DNA of 58,361 bases from an uncultured Pseudomonadota bacterium (GCA_937958295.1 CALFEY010000080.1:1-58361); one strand, 5' to 3'. Shown: positions 1 to 10,426, counted from the stretch's first letter. A program made the numbers and translations. Notes: generated by a model not told the origin, from the letters alone.

Positions 1-2
1 AG

Positions 3-2204
3 AACTACCTGCGCGGCCTGCTCGATCTCACCGACAACCTCGTCGACGGCAAGGTGGTCCCGCCACAGGACGTGAAGCGGCACGATGCCGATGATCCCTA
101 TCTCGTGGTCGCGGCCGACAAGGGCACCGCCACGTTCTCCGACTACGCGAACGGCATCAGCGCGGAGTACGGGTTTTGGCTGGGCGATGCCTTCGCCTCC
201 GGCGGCTCGGTGGGCTACGACCACAAGGCGATGGGCATCACCGCGCGCGGGGCGTGGGAGTCCGTCAAACGCCACTTCCGCGAGATGGGCGTGGATACGC
301 AGTCCACCGACTTCACGGTCGCCGGGATCGGCGACATGTCCGGCGACGTGTTCGGCAACGGGATGCTGCTCTCGCCGCACATCCGCCTCGTGGCGGCCTT
401 CGATCATCGCCACATCTTCCTCGATCCGGGCGCGGGCGCCGCATCCGGGTTCGCCGAGCGCAAGCGTCTCTTCTCGCTGCCGCGGTCGACCTGGGCCGAC
501 TACGACTCGAGCCTCATCTCCGCTGGCGGAGGCGTCCATCCGCGCACGGCCAAGTCCATCGTCATCAGCCCCGAGGCCAGGGCCTCGCTCGGCATCGAGG
601 CCGAGTCGCTCACGCCCGCCGAGCTCGTCAACGCGATCCTGAAGGCCCCCGTCGACCTCGTCTACAACGGCGGCATCGGCACCTACGTGAAGGCGACGCA
701 AGAAACGCATGCGCAGGTAGGGGACCGCGCCAACGATGCCGTCCGCGTCGATGGCCGCGAGCTGCGCTGCAAGGTCTTCGCCGAGGGCGGCAACCTCGGC
801 TGCACGCAGCTCGGTCGCATCGAGTACGCGCGCCACGGTGGGCGTATCTACACCGATGCCATCGACAACTCGGCCGGCGTGGACACGTCCGATCACGAGG
901 TCAACATCAAGATCCTCATGTCGTTGCCGATCGCCGACGGCGAGCTCACGGTGAAGCAGCGCAACACCCAGCTCGCCCAGATGACCGACGAGGTGGCGGC
1001 GCTGGTGCTGCGCGACAACTATTTCCAGACGCAAGTGCTGTCGGTTACGCATCGGATCGCTCCGCAGCTCCTCGATGCGCAGGCGCGCTTCATGCGCTAT
1101 CTCGAGCGGGAAGGGCGCCTCAATCGCGCCATCGAGTTCCTTCCCACGGATGACGAACTCGCCGCGCTGCGGCAGGCCGGAGAGGGCCTGGCCACGCCCG
1201 AGGCGGCGGTGCTCCTCGCCTACAGCAAGATCTGGCTTAGCGACGAGCTCATTGCCTCGAAGCTGCCGGACGACCCCTGGGTCGCCACGGCGATCGAGCG
1301 GTACTTCCCCGCCCAGTTACGCGAGCGCTACGCTCCCTACATGCAGCGCCATGCGCTGCGCCGCGAGATCATCGCCACGCACGTGCTGAACAGCATGGTG
1401 AACCGCGTCGGCAGCACCTTCGTGCATCGGCTCGGCGAGACCACCGGTGCGCGTGCGCACGAGGTCGTGCGCGCCTATCTTCTGGCGCGCGAGATCTTCG
1501 GGCTCGTGCCGCTGTGGCTTGCCATCGAGGCGCTCGACAACAAGGTCGACGACGCCGTGCAGTCGTCGATGCTCATCGCGACGAGTGGTCAGCTGGAGCG
1601 CGCCACCACCTGGTTCCTGCGCTCGCGCCGGCTGCAGGATCCGATGGCCGCTACCATCGCCCACTTCCAGCCCAACGTCGCCGCGCTCTCGACCAGCCTG
1701 CCGCGACTTCTCGACGATGTCGAGCAGGCACGGCTCGCGGCGAAGGCCGCCGAGCTCGCGAACGCCGGCGTGCCCGCGGAGCTCGCCCAGCGCGTGGCGG
1801 GATTTGATACGCTGCAGGCGGCGCTCGACATCGCGGAAGTGGCGGCCGAGGCAGGCAAGCCCGTGGGTGCGGTGGCGGCCGTGTACTTCGAAGTGGCCAA
1901 TCGCCTCGGTCTGCCCTGGCTCACCGAGAAGATCGGGGCGCTCACCGGGGGCGCGCATTGGCGGACGCTCGCGCGCTCGGCGATGCAGGACGATGTCGCG
2001 GCGCTCACGCGCAACATCACGGCCGGGGTGGTCGCGGACAGCAGCGAAGGCGCGCTCGCGCACGACCTCGTGGGCGCCTGGGCAGACGCTAATCGTCGCT
2101 CGCTCGCGCGAGCCGCTCAGCTGCTCGGAGAGTTGCGCGCCTTGCCCGCCACCGACGAAGCGATGTTGTCGGTCGCGCTACGAGAGCTGCGCGCACTTGC
2201 GTAG
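3..2204 (+). CDS. gdhB: Large NAD-specific glutamate dehydrogenase, C-terminal part (5'-truncated by window edge)
   Basis: Frame is open from position 3 (NYLRGLLDLTDN...). Motifs DDPYLVVAADKGTATFSD, GDAFASGGS, GDMSGDVFGNGML, EGGNLG and DNSAGVDTSDHEVNIKI are typical of large bacterial NAD-GDH. Confidence 0.95.
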   Translation, partial: NYLRGLLDLTDNLVDGKVVPPQDVKRHDADDPYLVVAADKGTATFSDYANGISAEYGFWLGDAFASGGSVGYDHKAMGITARGAWESVKRHFREMGVDTQSTDFTVAGIGDMSGDVFGNGMLLSPHIRLVAAFDHRHIFLDPGAGAASGFAERKRLFSLPRSTWADYDSSLISAGGGVHPRTAKSIVISPEARASLGIEAESLTPAELVNAILKAPVDLVYNGGIGTYVKATQETHAQVGDRANDAVRVDGRELRCKVFAEGGNLGCTQLGRIEYARHGGRIYTDAIDNSAGVDTSDHEVNIKILMSLPIADGELTVKQRNTQLAQMTDEVAALVLRDNYFQTQVLSVTHRIAPQLLDAQARFMRYLEREGRLNRAIEFLPTDDELAALRQAGEGLATPEAAVLLAYSKIWLSDELIASKLPDDPWVATAIERYFPAQLRERYAPYMQRHALRREIIATHVLNSMVNRVGSTFVHRLGETTGARAHEVVRAYLLAREIFGLVPLWLAIEALDNKVDDAVQSSMLIATSGQLERATTWFLRSRRLQDPMAATIAHFQPNVAALSTSLPRLLDDVEQARLAAKAAELANAGVPAELAQRVAGFDTLQAALDIAEVAAEAGKPVGAVAAVYFEVANRLGLPWLTEKIGALTGGAHWRTLARSAMQDDVAALTRNITAGVVADSSEGALAHDLVGAWADANRRSLARAAQLLGELRALPATDEAMLSVALRELRALA

Positions 2205-2479
2205 TACAAGATAAAACTTTCTCTGTTCGGTTGCGCCGCGCCCTGAATTTTGAGAAATTCGGAAGGCGGCGCGCCAGTTTCAACGCGGGCCGTTGCATGC
2301 GAAGGGGATCGCATGCGCTGTTCTTCTCTCCGAAGCCATGAATCTCTAGTCACGGAGCTTGGGTCCGTCGCGGCGTTTGTTTTGTTTGGCGGGCTCATCG
2401 GGTTGGGATTTTTTTTGCAGCACTTTGAATCCTGCGGCATGCGCTCGAGCGTGCCGCTAGTTGAAAGAAAGCAGGTTCT

Positions 2480-5400
2480 GTGATGACAGGGTCGAGTTTC
2501 GGCGCGCGCTTGCGCTCCACGCGGTCGTATGCAGCCAAGATTCTTGCAACGGCCTTCCTTGCCGGCCTCGCCTTCGCGGCACCCCCAGCCCTCGCGCAGC
2601 TCGCCGACCTCGTCGTCAACCAGGCCGACAGCCCGGATCCCGGGCCGGCGGGCGGCGTCTTCACGTACACCATCCGCATCGACAACAACGGCCCCAATGC
2701 GGCGATCGGCGTCAACTTTTCCGACACGCTTCCGCCGGGGTCGACCTTCGTCAATGCCAGTGCGACGCAGGGCTCCTGTACCGCGCCCGTGGGCGGCGTG
2801 CTCACCTGCGCACTCGGCGACCTCGCGTACCTCGCCAACGCCACGGTGACGCTGCAGGTTGTGCTGCCCACGGCCGGCGTCTACACCAACACGGCCACCG
2901 CGACGTCCACCACTACCGATCCCAATACCAGCAACAACATCAACGTCACCGAGGACACCACCGCCGTCAACGCGTCGGACATGACCCTCGTGGTGGTCGA
3001 CTCGCCGGACCCCGTGGCGGCCGGCGCGAACTTCAGCTACACGGTGACGGCGGTCAACAGCGGACCGGCTACCGCCACTTCGCAGACGATTTCGTTCCCG
3101 GTGCCCAGCGGCGCCTGCATCCGCAGCGTGCCGACCGGCACCGGCTGGTCCTGCACGCCTTCCTCGTCACCCTCGTCGAACTACCCGCTGTGCGGCGGCA
3201 CCGTCACGTGCACGCGCAACACCGCGCTCGCCAATGGGGCCAGCGCGCCCACTCTCACGGTGCCGGCGGTTGCCAATGTCGGTGGCTCGATCACCGGGGC
3301 CTTCACGGTGAGCTCGCCCCTGCCCGACGGCGATCCTTCCGACAACACCATCACCGCGACCACCACCGTGGTCGGCGGCAATTCCGACGTGCAGATGACG
3401 AAGACGGCGAGCCCCACCACGGTGGCCGTCGGCAGCAACGTCACCTACACGCTCACCCCGCGCTTCAACGGCGGCGAGCCGCCGGGCACGCTCGCGCCCA
3501 ACGTCATCACCGTCACCGATGTCCTGCCTGCGGGTCTCACGTTCGTGTCCGCGACGGGAAGCGGCTGGGACTGCAACAACGTGTCCGGCACCGTGACCTG
3601 CACGCGGCCGGGCCCGTACACGGGCGGCAACTTCACCAACATGCCGACGATCACCCTGGTCGCGACGGCCACCGCCACGGGCGCGATCAGCAACACCGCC
3701 ACCATCACGGCGCCGGAGACCGATCCGGTACCGGGCAACAATTCTTCGACGGTGGGCGTGACGGGCAGCAACAACGCCGACATGTCGCTCACCAAGACCG
3801 GCCCCGGGTTCCCCGTCTTCCCCGGCGACAACTTCAACTTCACGATCACGCCGCGCAACAACGGTCCGGTCGCGCTGCCGGTGGGGCAGACCGTGACGGT
3901 CACCGACGAGATCCCGGCCGGTGTCACCATCCGCGGCGCGCCCACCAGCAGCTCGAGCGGCTTCTGGACCTGCACCGTGACGGGCGCGCCGCCGTACCCG
4001 GTGGCGGGTCCGCAAACCGTCACGTGCTCCCGCACGCTCACGTCCGCCGCCGCCGTGAACACCAACATGCCCACCGTGGTGATCCCGGTGGAGACGAACA
4101 GCGTCGGCACCATCACCAACACGGCGTGCGTCGCCTTGTCCGGGCCGGGCCCGACCGACCCGAATCCGGCCAACGACTGCAATGCGCCGCTCGGCGTCAC
4201 CACCACGACCCCCGGCGCCGGCGCCGATCTGCAACTCGTCTCCAAGACCGCGAGCCCCAGCACTGTGCGCGCGGGCGAGGACCTCACTTACACGATCACG
4301 GTGCAGAACAATGGCCCGATCGCGGCCACCAACGTGATCGTGAGCGACTCCTTGGCGAGCCTGGTGGCCACCGGCAGCCTGCAGTCGGCCACGCCGTCGC
4401 AGGGTACCTGCACGCCGGCCGCGCCCGCCAATGGCGCCACCATCAACTTGAGCTGCAACCTCGGCACGCTCGCCTCCGGCGCTGGCGCCACCGTGGTGGT
4501 CGTGGTGCGTCCGCTCGCGGCCACCACTGCCAATCGCACGAACACGGCCTCCGTGAGTTCGCAGGACGTGGCGGATCCGGACCGTGGCAACAACAGCGGC
4601 CAGGTGACGACGCAGGTCACCGCGCTCGTCGACGTGGCGCTGTCCAAGACCGACACGCCTGACCCGGCGCAGGCCGGCACGCCGCTCACGTATGTGCTCA
4701 CGGCCAGCAACCTCGGGCCCTCCACCGCTGCGGCGGTGACTATCAGTGATCCGCTCCCGGCCAACGTGGCATTCATCTCGGCCACCGCGTCGGGCTCTGG
4801 CTCGTGCACCACGCCCGCCGTGGGCGCCGTGGGCGGAACGGTGACTTGTACCTGGGCCACCATCGCAACGGGGACCCAGCAAACGGCGTCGATCGTCGTG
4901 CGTCCGCTCACCGGCGCGACGTCGGTCAGCAACACCGCCACGGTCTCCACGACCACCGAGGAGTCCTCGACTGCCAACAATACGGCCACGGCCACGACCG
5001 ACGTCACCGCGGCGGCCGTCGACATCCTGGTCAACAAAGTCGACACCGTCGACCCGGTCGCGGTGGGCTCCACCACCGGGTATGTGGTTACCGTCACCAA
5101 CAGCGGTCCGTCCTATGCCACGAACGTGACGCTCGTCGACACGTTCCCCGACGGCTCGCCCACGGCCACGTTCAGCTACCAGGGCGCGCTCGCGGTCAGC
5201 GCCAACGGTGCCGGCGGCACGTGCAGCGAGCCGACGCTTGGCGCCACGACGGGCACGATCTCCTGTACGTTCCCCGGCCTGGCTTCGGGGCAGTCGATCG
5301 TCGTCACGTACAACATGCGCGCGGAGAGCATCGCGGCGGGAACGTCGGGCACCACGTTCAACCGCGCCGTGGTCGGCGCCGCCGAGCCTGAGACGCAGCC

Positions 5401-8400
5401 CAACAACAATTCCACGGTGCACTCGACGACGTCGCGCCAGGCCGCCGACCTCGCCATCGTGAAGACCGCGCCGGCGTCGACCCTCCCGGGCGCGTCCCTC
5501 ACCTGGAACCTCAACGTCACCAACAACGGCCCGCACTTCTCCGTGGGGGCGGTGGTCAGCGACACGCTGCCGGCAGGCGTGACCTTCGTGAGTGCGAGCG
5601 CCGGTTGTAACTTTGCCGCAGGCGTGGTCACCTGCACGCTCGGCACGCTCAACAACGGCGAGAGCGCGGCGCTCGCCATCAACGTGACGGTGAACCAGCC
5701 GTACAACGGTGTCACTCCGCTCGTGAACTCGGCCACTGTGGCCACGGTGAACGAGATCGACACCGTGCCGAATAACAACACGTCCACGGCCACGACCGAC
5801 GTCACCGCCCAGGCGGATCTCGCCGTGACCAAGGTGGTGAACAACGCCACACCTTCCGTGGGTGGCACCGTGCAGTTCACGGTAACCGCGCAGAACCTCG
5901 GCCCCAACAATGCCGTGGCCGCCCAGGTGGCCGATGCGCTACCGGCCGGCTACCAGCTGGTCACGGCGGTCCCGTCCGTTGGGACGTACAGCGCCGGCGT
6001 GTGGGCGATCGGTGCGTTCGCCAATGGCGCCACCGCCACGCTGGTGATCACGGCGACCGTGCTGCCCGACGGGCCGTACCTCAATACCGCGACGATCAGC
6101 TCGACGACGCAGGATCCGAATTCCAACAACAACACGTCAAGCGCGAACACGGCGCCTGTGGTGGTGTCGGCCCTCGGCATCACCAAGACCGACAACAGCA
6201 CGACGTACGTGCCTGGTGGTACCGGCACGTACGTGGTTGTCGTGACCAACGGCGGCCCCTCCGCTGCCACGTCCGTCACTGTCGCGGATACGCTGCCGAC
6301 GGGCGTCACGCTCAGCGGAACGGTCACGTGCGCGACCAGCGGCAGCGCCAGCTGCGGCAGCGTGAGCGGCACGAGCGGCCAGACCGCCTTCGGTGCCACC
6401 GGCGCCTCGATCGCCGCCGGTGCCGGTAACTCGATCACCTTCACCGTGCCGGTGGCGTACGCCTCGTCGCTCACGACCAATCCGCTGACCAATACCGCCA
6501 CGGCGAGTGCGCCCTCGAGTCCCACCGCTTCCGCGAGCGACAGCAGCACGCCTGCGCCGCAGGTGGCGCTCGCGGTCACGAAGACCGACGGCAGCGCGAC
6601 GTACACGCCCGGCGGGACCGCGACCTACACGGTGACGGTGCGCAACACCGGCCCGTCGAACGCGGCCAGCGTCACGGTGACCGACGCGCTGCCCACCGGC
6701 GTGGTGCTTACTGCGGCGGCAAGCTGCGCGCCCACGGGTGTGGCAACCTGCGGCACCGTCACCGGGAGCATCGGCGCGTCGGCGTTCGGGACCACCGGCG
6801 CCACGCTTGGCGCGGGCACGGGCGACTCGCTCGTGTTCACCGTGCCGGTGTCCTTCGCGCCGAGCCTCACGACGAGCCCCCTCGTCAACTCGGCTACCGC
6901 CACCGATGTGCCCACCGGCGCCACGGCGAGCGGCAGCGATTCCAACACGCTGGCGGCGCAGGTCACCCTCGCGGTGACCAAGACCGACGGCAGCGCCACC
7001 TACACGCCGGGCGGCACCGCGACGTACACGATCACCGTCACCAACACGGGTCTGTCCACGGCCAACAGCGCAACCGTGACGGACGCGCTGCCTGTGGGCG
7101 TGACGCTCACGGGGACGGTGACGTGCGTTCCCGGCGGTACCTCCACGTGCGGTACGGTCACCGGGGCCACCGGCGGCACCAGCCTCGGCACCACGGGTGC
7201 GGTCATCGCACCGGGCGCGGGCAATGCGCTGGTGTTTACCGCGCCGGTGGCCTTCGCTCCCACGCTCGCCACGGATCCTCTGGTGAACACCGCCAACGCC
7301 ACGGACGTTCCCACCGGCGCGACTGGCGCGGGCACGGACAGCAACGGTCGCTCGCCCAGCGTGACGCTCGCGGTGGTGAAGACGGACAACGCCACCACCT
7401 ACGTTCCGGGCGGTACCGGCACTTACGTGATCACGGTGACCAACACGGGACTATCCGATGCGCTCAACGTCACGGTGAACGATGCATTGCCTGCGGGCGT
7501 GACGCTGACGGCGCCGGCCACCTGCGCCGCGACGGGCGTGGCGTTGTGCGGCACCGTCACCGGCACTGCCGGCCAGGCTGCCCTCGGCACCACGGGCGGC
7601 GCGATCGCGGCGGGGGCGGGCAACGCGCTCGTCTTCACCGCGCCTGTCGCATTCGCGCCGAGCATGACGGCCAATCCGCTCATCAACACCGCCACCGCGA
7701 CGGACCTGTCGTCGGGGGCCACGGCGAGCGGAAACGACAGCAACGCGCTTGCGAAGAGCGTGGCGCTTGCGATCACCAAGACCGACGGCCAGACCACGTA
7801 CATGCCGGGCGGCACCACGACGTACACCATCGTGGTGACGAACACGGGGATCTCCGATGCCCTCACGGTGTCCGTGAGCGACATCTTCCCGGCGGGCGTG
7901 ACGCTCAACGCGTCCGTCAACTGCGTGGCCGCCGGCGCCGCGACGTGCGGCATCCTGACCGGCGGGGTCGCAGGCGCCGATAACTTCGGCACTATTGGCT
8001 CGACTATTCCCGCGGGCGCAGGCAACAGCCTCACGTTCACCGTGCCCGTCGCGTTCGCGTCGAGCATGACGGCCAATCCGCTGGTGAACGTGGTGACCGT
8101 GAGCGATTCGACGTCGGGGGCCCAGGGCAGCGCGAGCGACAGCAACACGCTCGCCACGACTTCGGTCTCGCTCGGCAAGAGCATCGTGCCCGCCTCGATC
8201 ACCGCAGGGGGCGGCGCAACGCTCACGCTCACACTCGGCAACCCCAATACGGTGCCGGCCACTCTCACGGCCCCGTTCATCGACAACATGCCGGCAGGCG
8301 TGACGACCACGTCCGCCAACACGGGCACCTGCACGGGCGTGACGGTGGGCGCGACGAGCGTCGGCATGGGAGCCGGTACCGCGATTCCCGTGGGCGGCTG

Positions 8401-9808
8401 CACCATCGTGGTGGCCATCACCTCGTCCACGCAGGGCACCGTCACCAACACGACGGGACCGCTCGCGACGAGCGCCGGCGACGCGCCGCCTGCCAGCGCG
8501 CCGCTTACCGTGACCGGGGGTGGTGGCGGCGGCGGAACGCCGCCCACGCTTGCGAAGACGATCGCGCCGGCCACCATTGGTGTCGGGGGCACCGCTACGC
8601 TCACCCTCTCGCTCGGCAATACCAACGCGACCGCTATCACGCTGAGCGCCCCGTTCACGGACAACATGCCCCCGGGCGTGGTCACCGCGTCGGGTAATCT
8701 CGGAACGTGCACGGGCGTGACGGTGGCGGCGAACTCGATCGTGATGGCAGCGGGAAGCAGTATTCCGCCCGGCGGCTGCACGATCGTGGTGAGCATCACG
8801 TCGTCGACGGTAGGCACGGTGATCAACACCACGGGCTCTTTGTCCACGAGCGCCGGACCGGCGCCGCCGGCGAGCGCGCCGATCACGGTGGTGGCGGGCC
8901 CGATCCCGCAGGCCGATCTTTCGATCGTGAAGACGGCCACGCCGGCCTCCGTCAATCCCGGAGGATCGATCACCTACACGATCGTCGCGGCCAATGCCGG
9001 CCCGGCGCCGGTGGTGGGCGCAACCGTCTCCGACATGTTCGCCGCGAGCCTCGACAACGTCACGTGGAGTTGCGTGGCGTCGCCAGGCAGCAGCTGTCCT
9101 GCACCGCCGTCCGGCTCCGGCAACATCAATGCGAGCGTGAATCTGCTCGTGGGCGGAACCGCCACGTTCACGGTGAATGCCACGGTCTCCGCTTCGGCCA
9201 CGGGTGCGATCACCAACACGGCAACGATCACCCCGCCGCCGGGCGTGGTCGATCCGGATCCGAGCGACGAGTCGTCCACGGTGGTCACGCCCATTGGTGG
9301 GACGCCGGCAGTGGACCTCGGCATCGTGAAGATTGCCAACGGCACTTTCTACGCGGGACAGGACGGTGCGACCTACACGATCGTGGTGACCAATCACGGG
9401 AACGTACCCACGAGCGGGGTAGTGACGGTGAGCGACATGCTGCCGCCTGGCCTCACGGCCACCAGCATGACCGGCCCCGGCTGGACGTGCACGCAGCCGG
9501 CCGGGCCCTGCACGCGCAGCGATCCGCTGGCGCCGGGCGCGAGCTATCCGCCGATCACGCTCACCGTGAACGTCGCGGATGACCCGCCGTCCTCGGTGAC
9601 CAACATCGCCACTGTGGTCGGGGGTGGCGACACGGGTGGCGGCGATACGTCGACGGTGGTGACACCCATCGTCAATATCCCGCCGGTGCCGCCGCCGGAC
9701 ACGGGTGAACCGATTCCCGTCGACTCGCCGCTCGCCTTGCTGATTGCCGCGTTGCTGCTCGCCGCGGCTGGTGCGACGCAGTTGCGGGCACGCCGGGGGC
9801 GCCGCTAG
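2480..9808 (+). CDS. Giant secreted DUF11/Ig-like repeat surface protein (about 18 domains) with a C-terminal IPTL-CTERM-like sorting tail
   Basis: Signal peptide ending PALA-Q; repeated ADLxxxKT...TYTxTVTNxGP...VxDxLP...NTA modules; C-terminus PIPVDSP + hydrophobic helix + RARRGRR. Start is GTG 2480 or ATG 2483. Confidence 0.9.
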   Translation: MMTGSSFGARLRSTRSYAAKILATAFLAGLAFAAPPALAQLADLVVNQADSPDPGPAGGVFTYTIRIDNNGPNAAIGVNFSDTLPPGSTFVNASATQGSCTAPVGGVLTCALGDLAYLANATVTLQVVLPTAGVYTNTATATSTTTDPNTSNNINVTEDTTAVNASDMTLVVVDSPDPVAAGANFSYTVTAVNSGPATATSQTISFPVPSGACIRSVPTGTGWSCTPSSSPSSNYPLCGGTVTCTRNTALANGASAPTLTVPAVANVGGSITGAFTVSSPLPDGDPSDNTITATTTVVGGNSDVQMTKTASPTTVAVGSNVTYTLTPRFNGGEPPGTLAPNVITVTDVLPAGLTFVSATGSGWDCNNVSGTVTCTRPGPYTGGNFTNMPTITLVATATATGAISNTATITAPETDPVPGNNSSTVGVTGSNNADMSLTKTGPGFPVFPGDNFNFTITPRNNGPVALPVGQTVTVTDEIPAGVTIRGAPTSSSSGFWTCTVTGAPPYPVAGPQTVTCSRTLTSAAAVNTNMPTVVIPVETNSVGTITNTACVALSGPGPTDPNPANDCNAPLGVTTTTPGAGADLQLVSKTASPSTVRAGEDLTYTITVQNNGPIAATNVIVSDSLASLVATGSLQSATPSQGTCTPAAPANGATINLSCNLGTLASGAGATVVVVVRPLAATTANRTNTASVSSQDVADPDRGNNSGQVTTQVTALVDVALSKTDTPDPAQAGTPLTYVLTASNLGPSTAAAVTISDPLPANVAFISATASGSGSCTTPAVGAVGGTVTCTWATIATGTQQTASIVVRPLTGATSVSNTATVSTTTEESSTANNTATATTDVTAAAVDILVNKVDTVDPVAVGSTTGYVVTVTNSGPSYATNVTLVDTFPDGSPTATFSYQGALAVSANGAGGTCSEPTLGATTGTISCTFPGLASGQSIVVTYNMRAESIAAGTSGTTFNRAVVGAAEPETQPNNNSTVHSTTSRQAADLAIVKTAPASTLPGASLTWNLNVTNNGPHFSVGAVVSDTLPAGVTFVSASAGCNFAAGVVTCTLGTLNNGESAALAINVTVNQPYNGVTPLVNSATVATVNEIDTVPNNNTSTATTDVTAQADLAVTKVVNNATPSVGGTVQFTVTAQNLGPNNAVAAQVADALPAGYQLVTAVPSVGTYSAGVWAIGAFANGATATLVITATVLPDGPYLNTATISSTTQDPNSNNNTSSANTAPVVVSALGITKTDNSTTYVPGGTGTYVVVVTNGGPSAATSVTVADTLPTGVTLSGTVTCATSGSASCGSVSGTSGQTAFGATGASIAAGAGNSITFTVPVAYASSLTTNPLTNTATASAPSSPTASASDSSTPAPQVALAVTKTDGSATYTPGGTATYTVTVRNTGPSNAASVTVTDALPTGVVLTAAASCAPTGVATCGTVTGSIGASAFGTTGATLGAGTGDSLVFTVPVSFAPSLTTSPLVNSATATDVPTGATASGSDSNTLAAQVTLAVTKTDGSATYTPGGTATYTITVTNTGLSTANSATVTDALPVGVTLTGTVTCVPGGTSTCGTVTGATGGTSLGTTGAVIAPGAGNALVFTAPVAFAPTLATDPLVNTANATDVPTGATGAGTDSNGRSPSVTLAVVKTDNATTYVPGGTGTYVITVTNTGLSDALNVTVNDALPAGVTLTAPATCAATGVALCGTVTGTAGQAALGTTGGAIAAGAGNALVFTAPVAFAPSMTANPLINTATATDLSSGATASGNDSNALAKSVALAITKTDGQTTYMPGGTTTYTIVVTNTGISDALTVSVSDIFPAGVTLNASVNCVAAGAATCGILTGGVAGADNFGTIGSTIPAGAGNSLTFTVPVAFASSMTANPLVNVVTVSDSTSGAQGSASDSNTLATTSVSLGKSIVPASITAGGGATLTLTLGNPNTVPATLTAPFIDNMPAGVTTTSANTGTCTGVTVGATSVGMGAGTAIPVGGCTIVVAITSSTQGTVTNTTGPLATSAGDAPPASAPLTVTGGGGGGGTPPTLAKTIAPATIGVGGTATLTLSLGNTNATAITLSAPFTDNMPPGVVTASGNLGTCTGVTVAANSIVMAAGSSIPPGGCTIVVSITSSTVGTVINTTGSLSTSAGPAPPASAPITVVAGPIPQADLSIVKTATPASVNPGGSITYTIVAANAGPAPVVGATVSDMFAASLDNVTWSCVASPGSSCPAPPSGSGNINASVNLLVGGTATFTVNATVSASATGAITNTATITPPPGVVDPDPSDESSTVVTPIGGTPAVDLGIVKIANGTFYAGQDGATYTIVVTNHGNVPTSGVVTVSDMLPPGLTATSMTGPGWTCTQPAGPCTRSDPLAPGASYPPITLTVNVADDPPSSVTNIATVVGGGDTGGGDTSTVVTPIVNIPPVPPPDTGEPIPVDSPLALLIAALLLAAAGATQLRARRGRR
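6167..8161 (+). repeat. Five tandem ~399-bp (133-aa) intragenic domain repeats
   Basis: Units start near 6167, 6563, 6962, 7361 and 7760. Each begins (L/I)xxxKTD(G/N)xxTYxPGGT and carries a Cys pair and a GAGNxLxFT-like motif. Confidence 0.85.
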
Positions 9809-9938
9809 CGTGATGCATGCACCGGAGCGCGCGGGACGGCGCTCCGGTGGTCGATAGCGACACGCCAAGCGGCGTTACGCGGAGTGTGGGATGCGGGGAT
9901 GCGGGTCGTGTAACCGACTTCGAGTCTGTCGCGAGAGC

Positions 9939-9967
9939 AAAAAAAGCCGGGGCATGCCCCGGCTTTT
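9939..9967 (-). terminator. Intrinsic terminator of cspA, probably bidirectional
   Basis: Perfect palindrome AAAAGCCGGGGCATGCCCCGGCTTTT (9942-9967). A7 at 9939-9945 gives a U7 tail on the minus strand, and T4 follows on the plus strand. It lies between convergent genes. Confidence 0.9.
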
Positions 9968-9989
9968 CGTTGTTGCGTGATGCGCGCGA

Positions 9990-10193
9990 TCAGGACGCCT
10001 GGATGTTGCTCGCCTGCTTGCCCTTGGGGCCTTGCGTGACCTCGAAGGAGACCTTCTGGCCTTCCTTCAACGTCTTGAAGCCGGGCATGTTGATCGCGGA
10101 GAAATGCGCGAACAGATCTTCACCACCGCCATCGGGCGTAATGAAACCAAAGCCCTTCGCGTCGTTGAACCACTTTACGGTACCAGTTGCCAT
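9990..10193 (-). CDS. cspA: Cold-shock protein (CspA family)
   Basis: 67 aa with RNP1 KGFGFI, RNP2 LFAHF and GPKGKQA; GAGGA RBS upstream. Confidence 0.97.
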   Translation of the reverse strand: MATGTVKWFNDAKGFGFITPDGGGEDLFAHFSAINMPGFKTLKEGQKVSFEVTQGPKGKQASNIQAS

Positions 10194-10360
10194 TTCCGAG
10201 ATTCCTCAAGATAAGTGATCGGCGGGCGGATAGCCCGCCCCATGTTTCATTCTCAAGGACAGAAAAGTACGGAACCGCAATCAGGATCGGCACTGCGACG
10301 GCAGTGCCGGCGACCGGGCTTGGGCGTGCTTAAAGTACTTGAAACAAAACACCTTTGGGA
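10194..10360 (-). promoter_or_regulatory. Long structured 5' leader of cspA
   Basis: Non-coding and more AT-rich than the flanks. 9-bp stem CGGCACTGC/GCAGTGCCG (10288-10309), a hairpin at ~10224-10240, and AAGTAC (10265)/GTACTT (10335) complementarity. Long structured leaders are typical of cold-induced csp genes. Confidence 0.45.
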
Positions 10361-10426
10361 GCATACGCGATCACCCGAGCTTTGGGAATACCCCTCCCCG
10401 GGAATGGATTGCCCCAGCGATGGACC

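Noticed and set aside
2250-2483. 77-aa ORF with a hydrophobic stretch upstream of the adhesin
   Set aside because: TTG start, no RBS and atypical codon usage; the hydrophobicity comes from T-rich promoter sequence.
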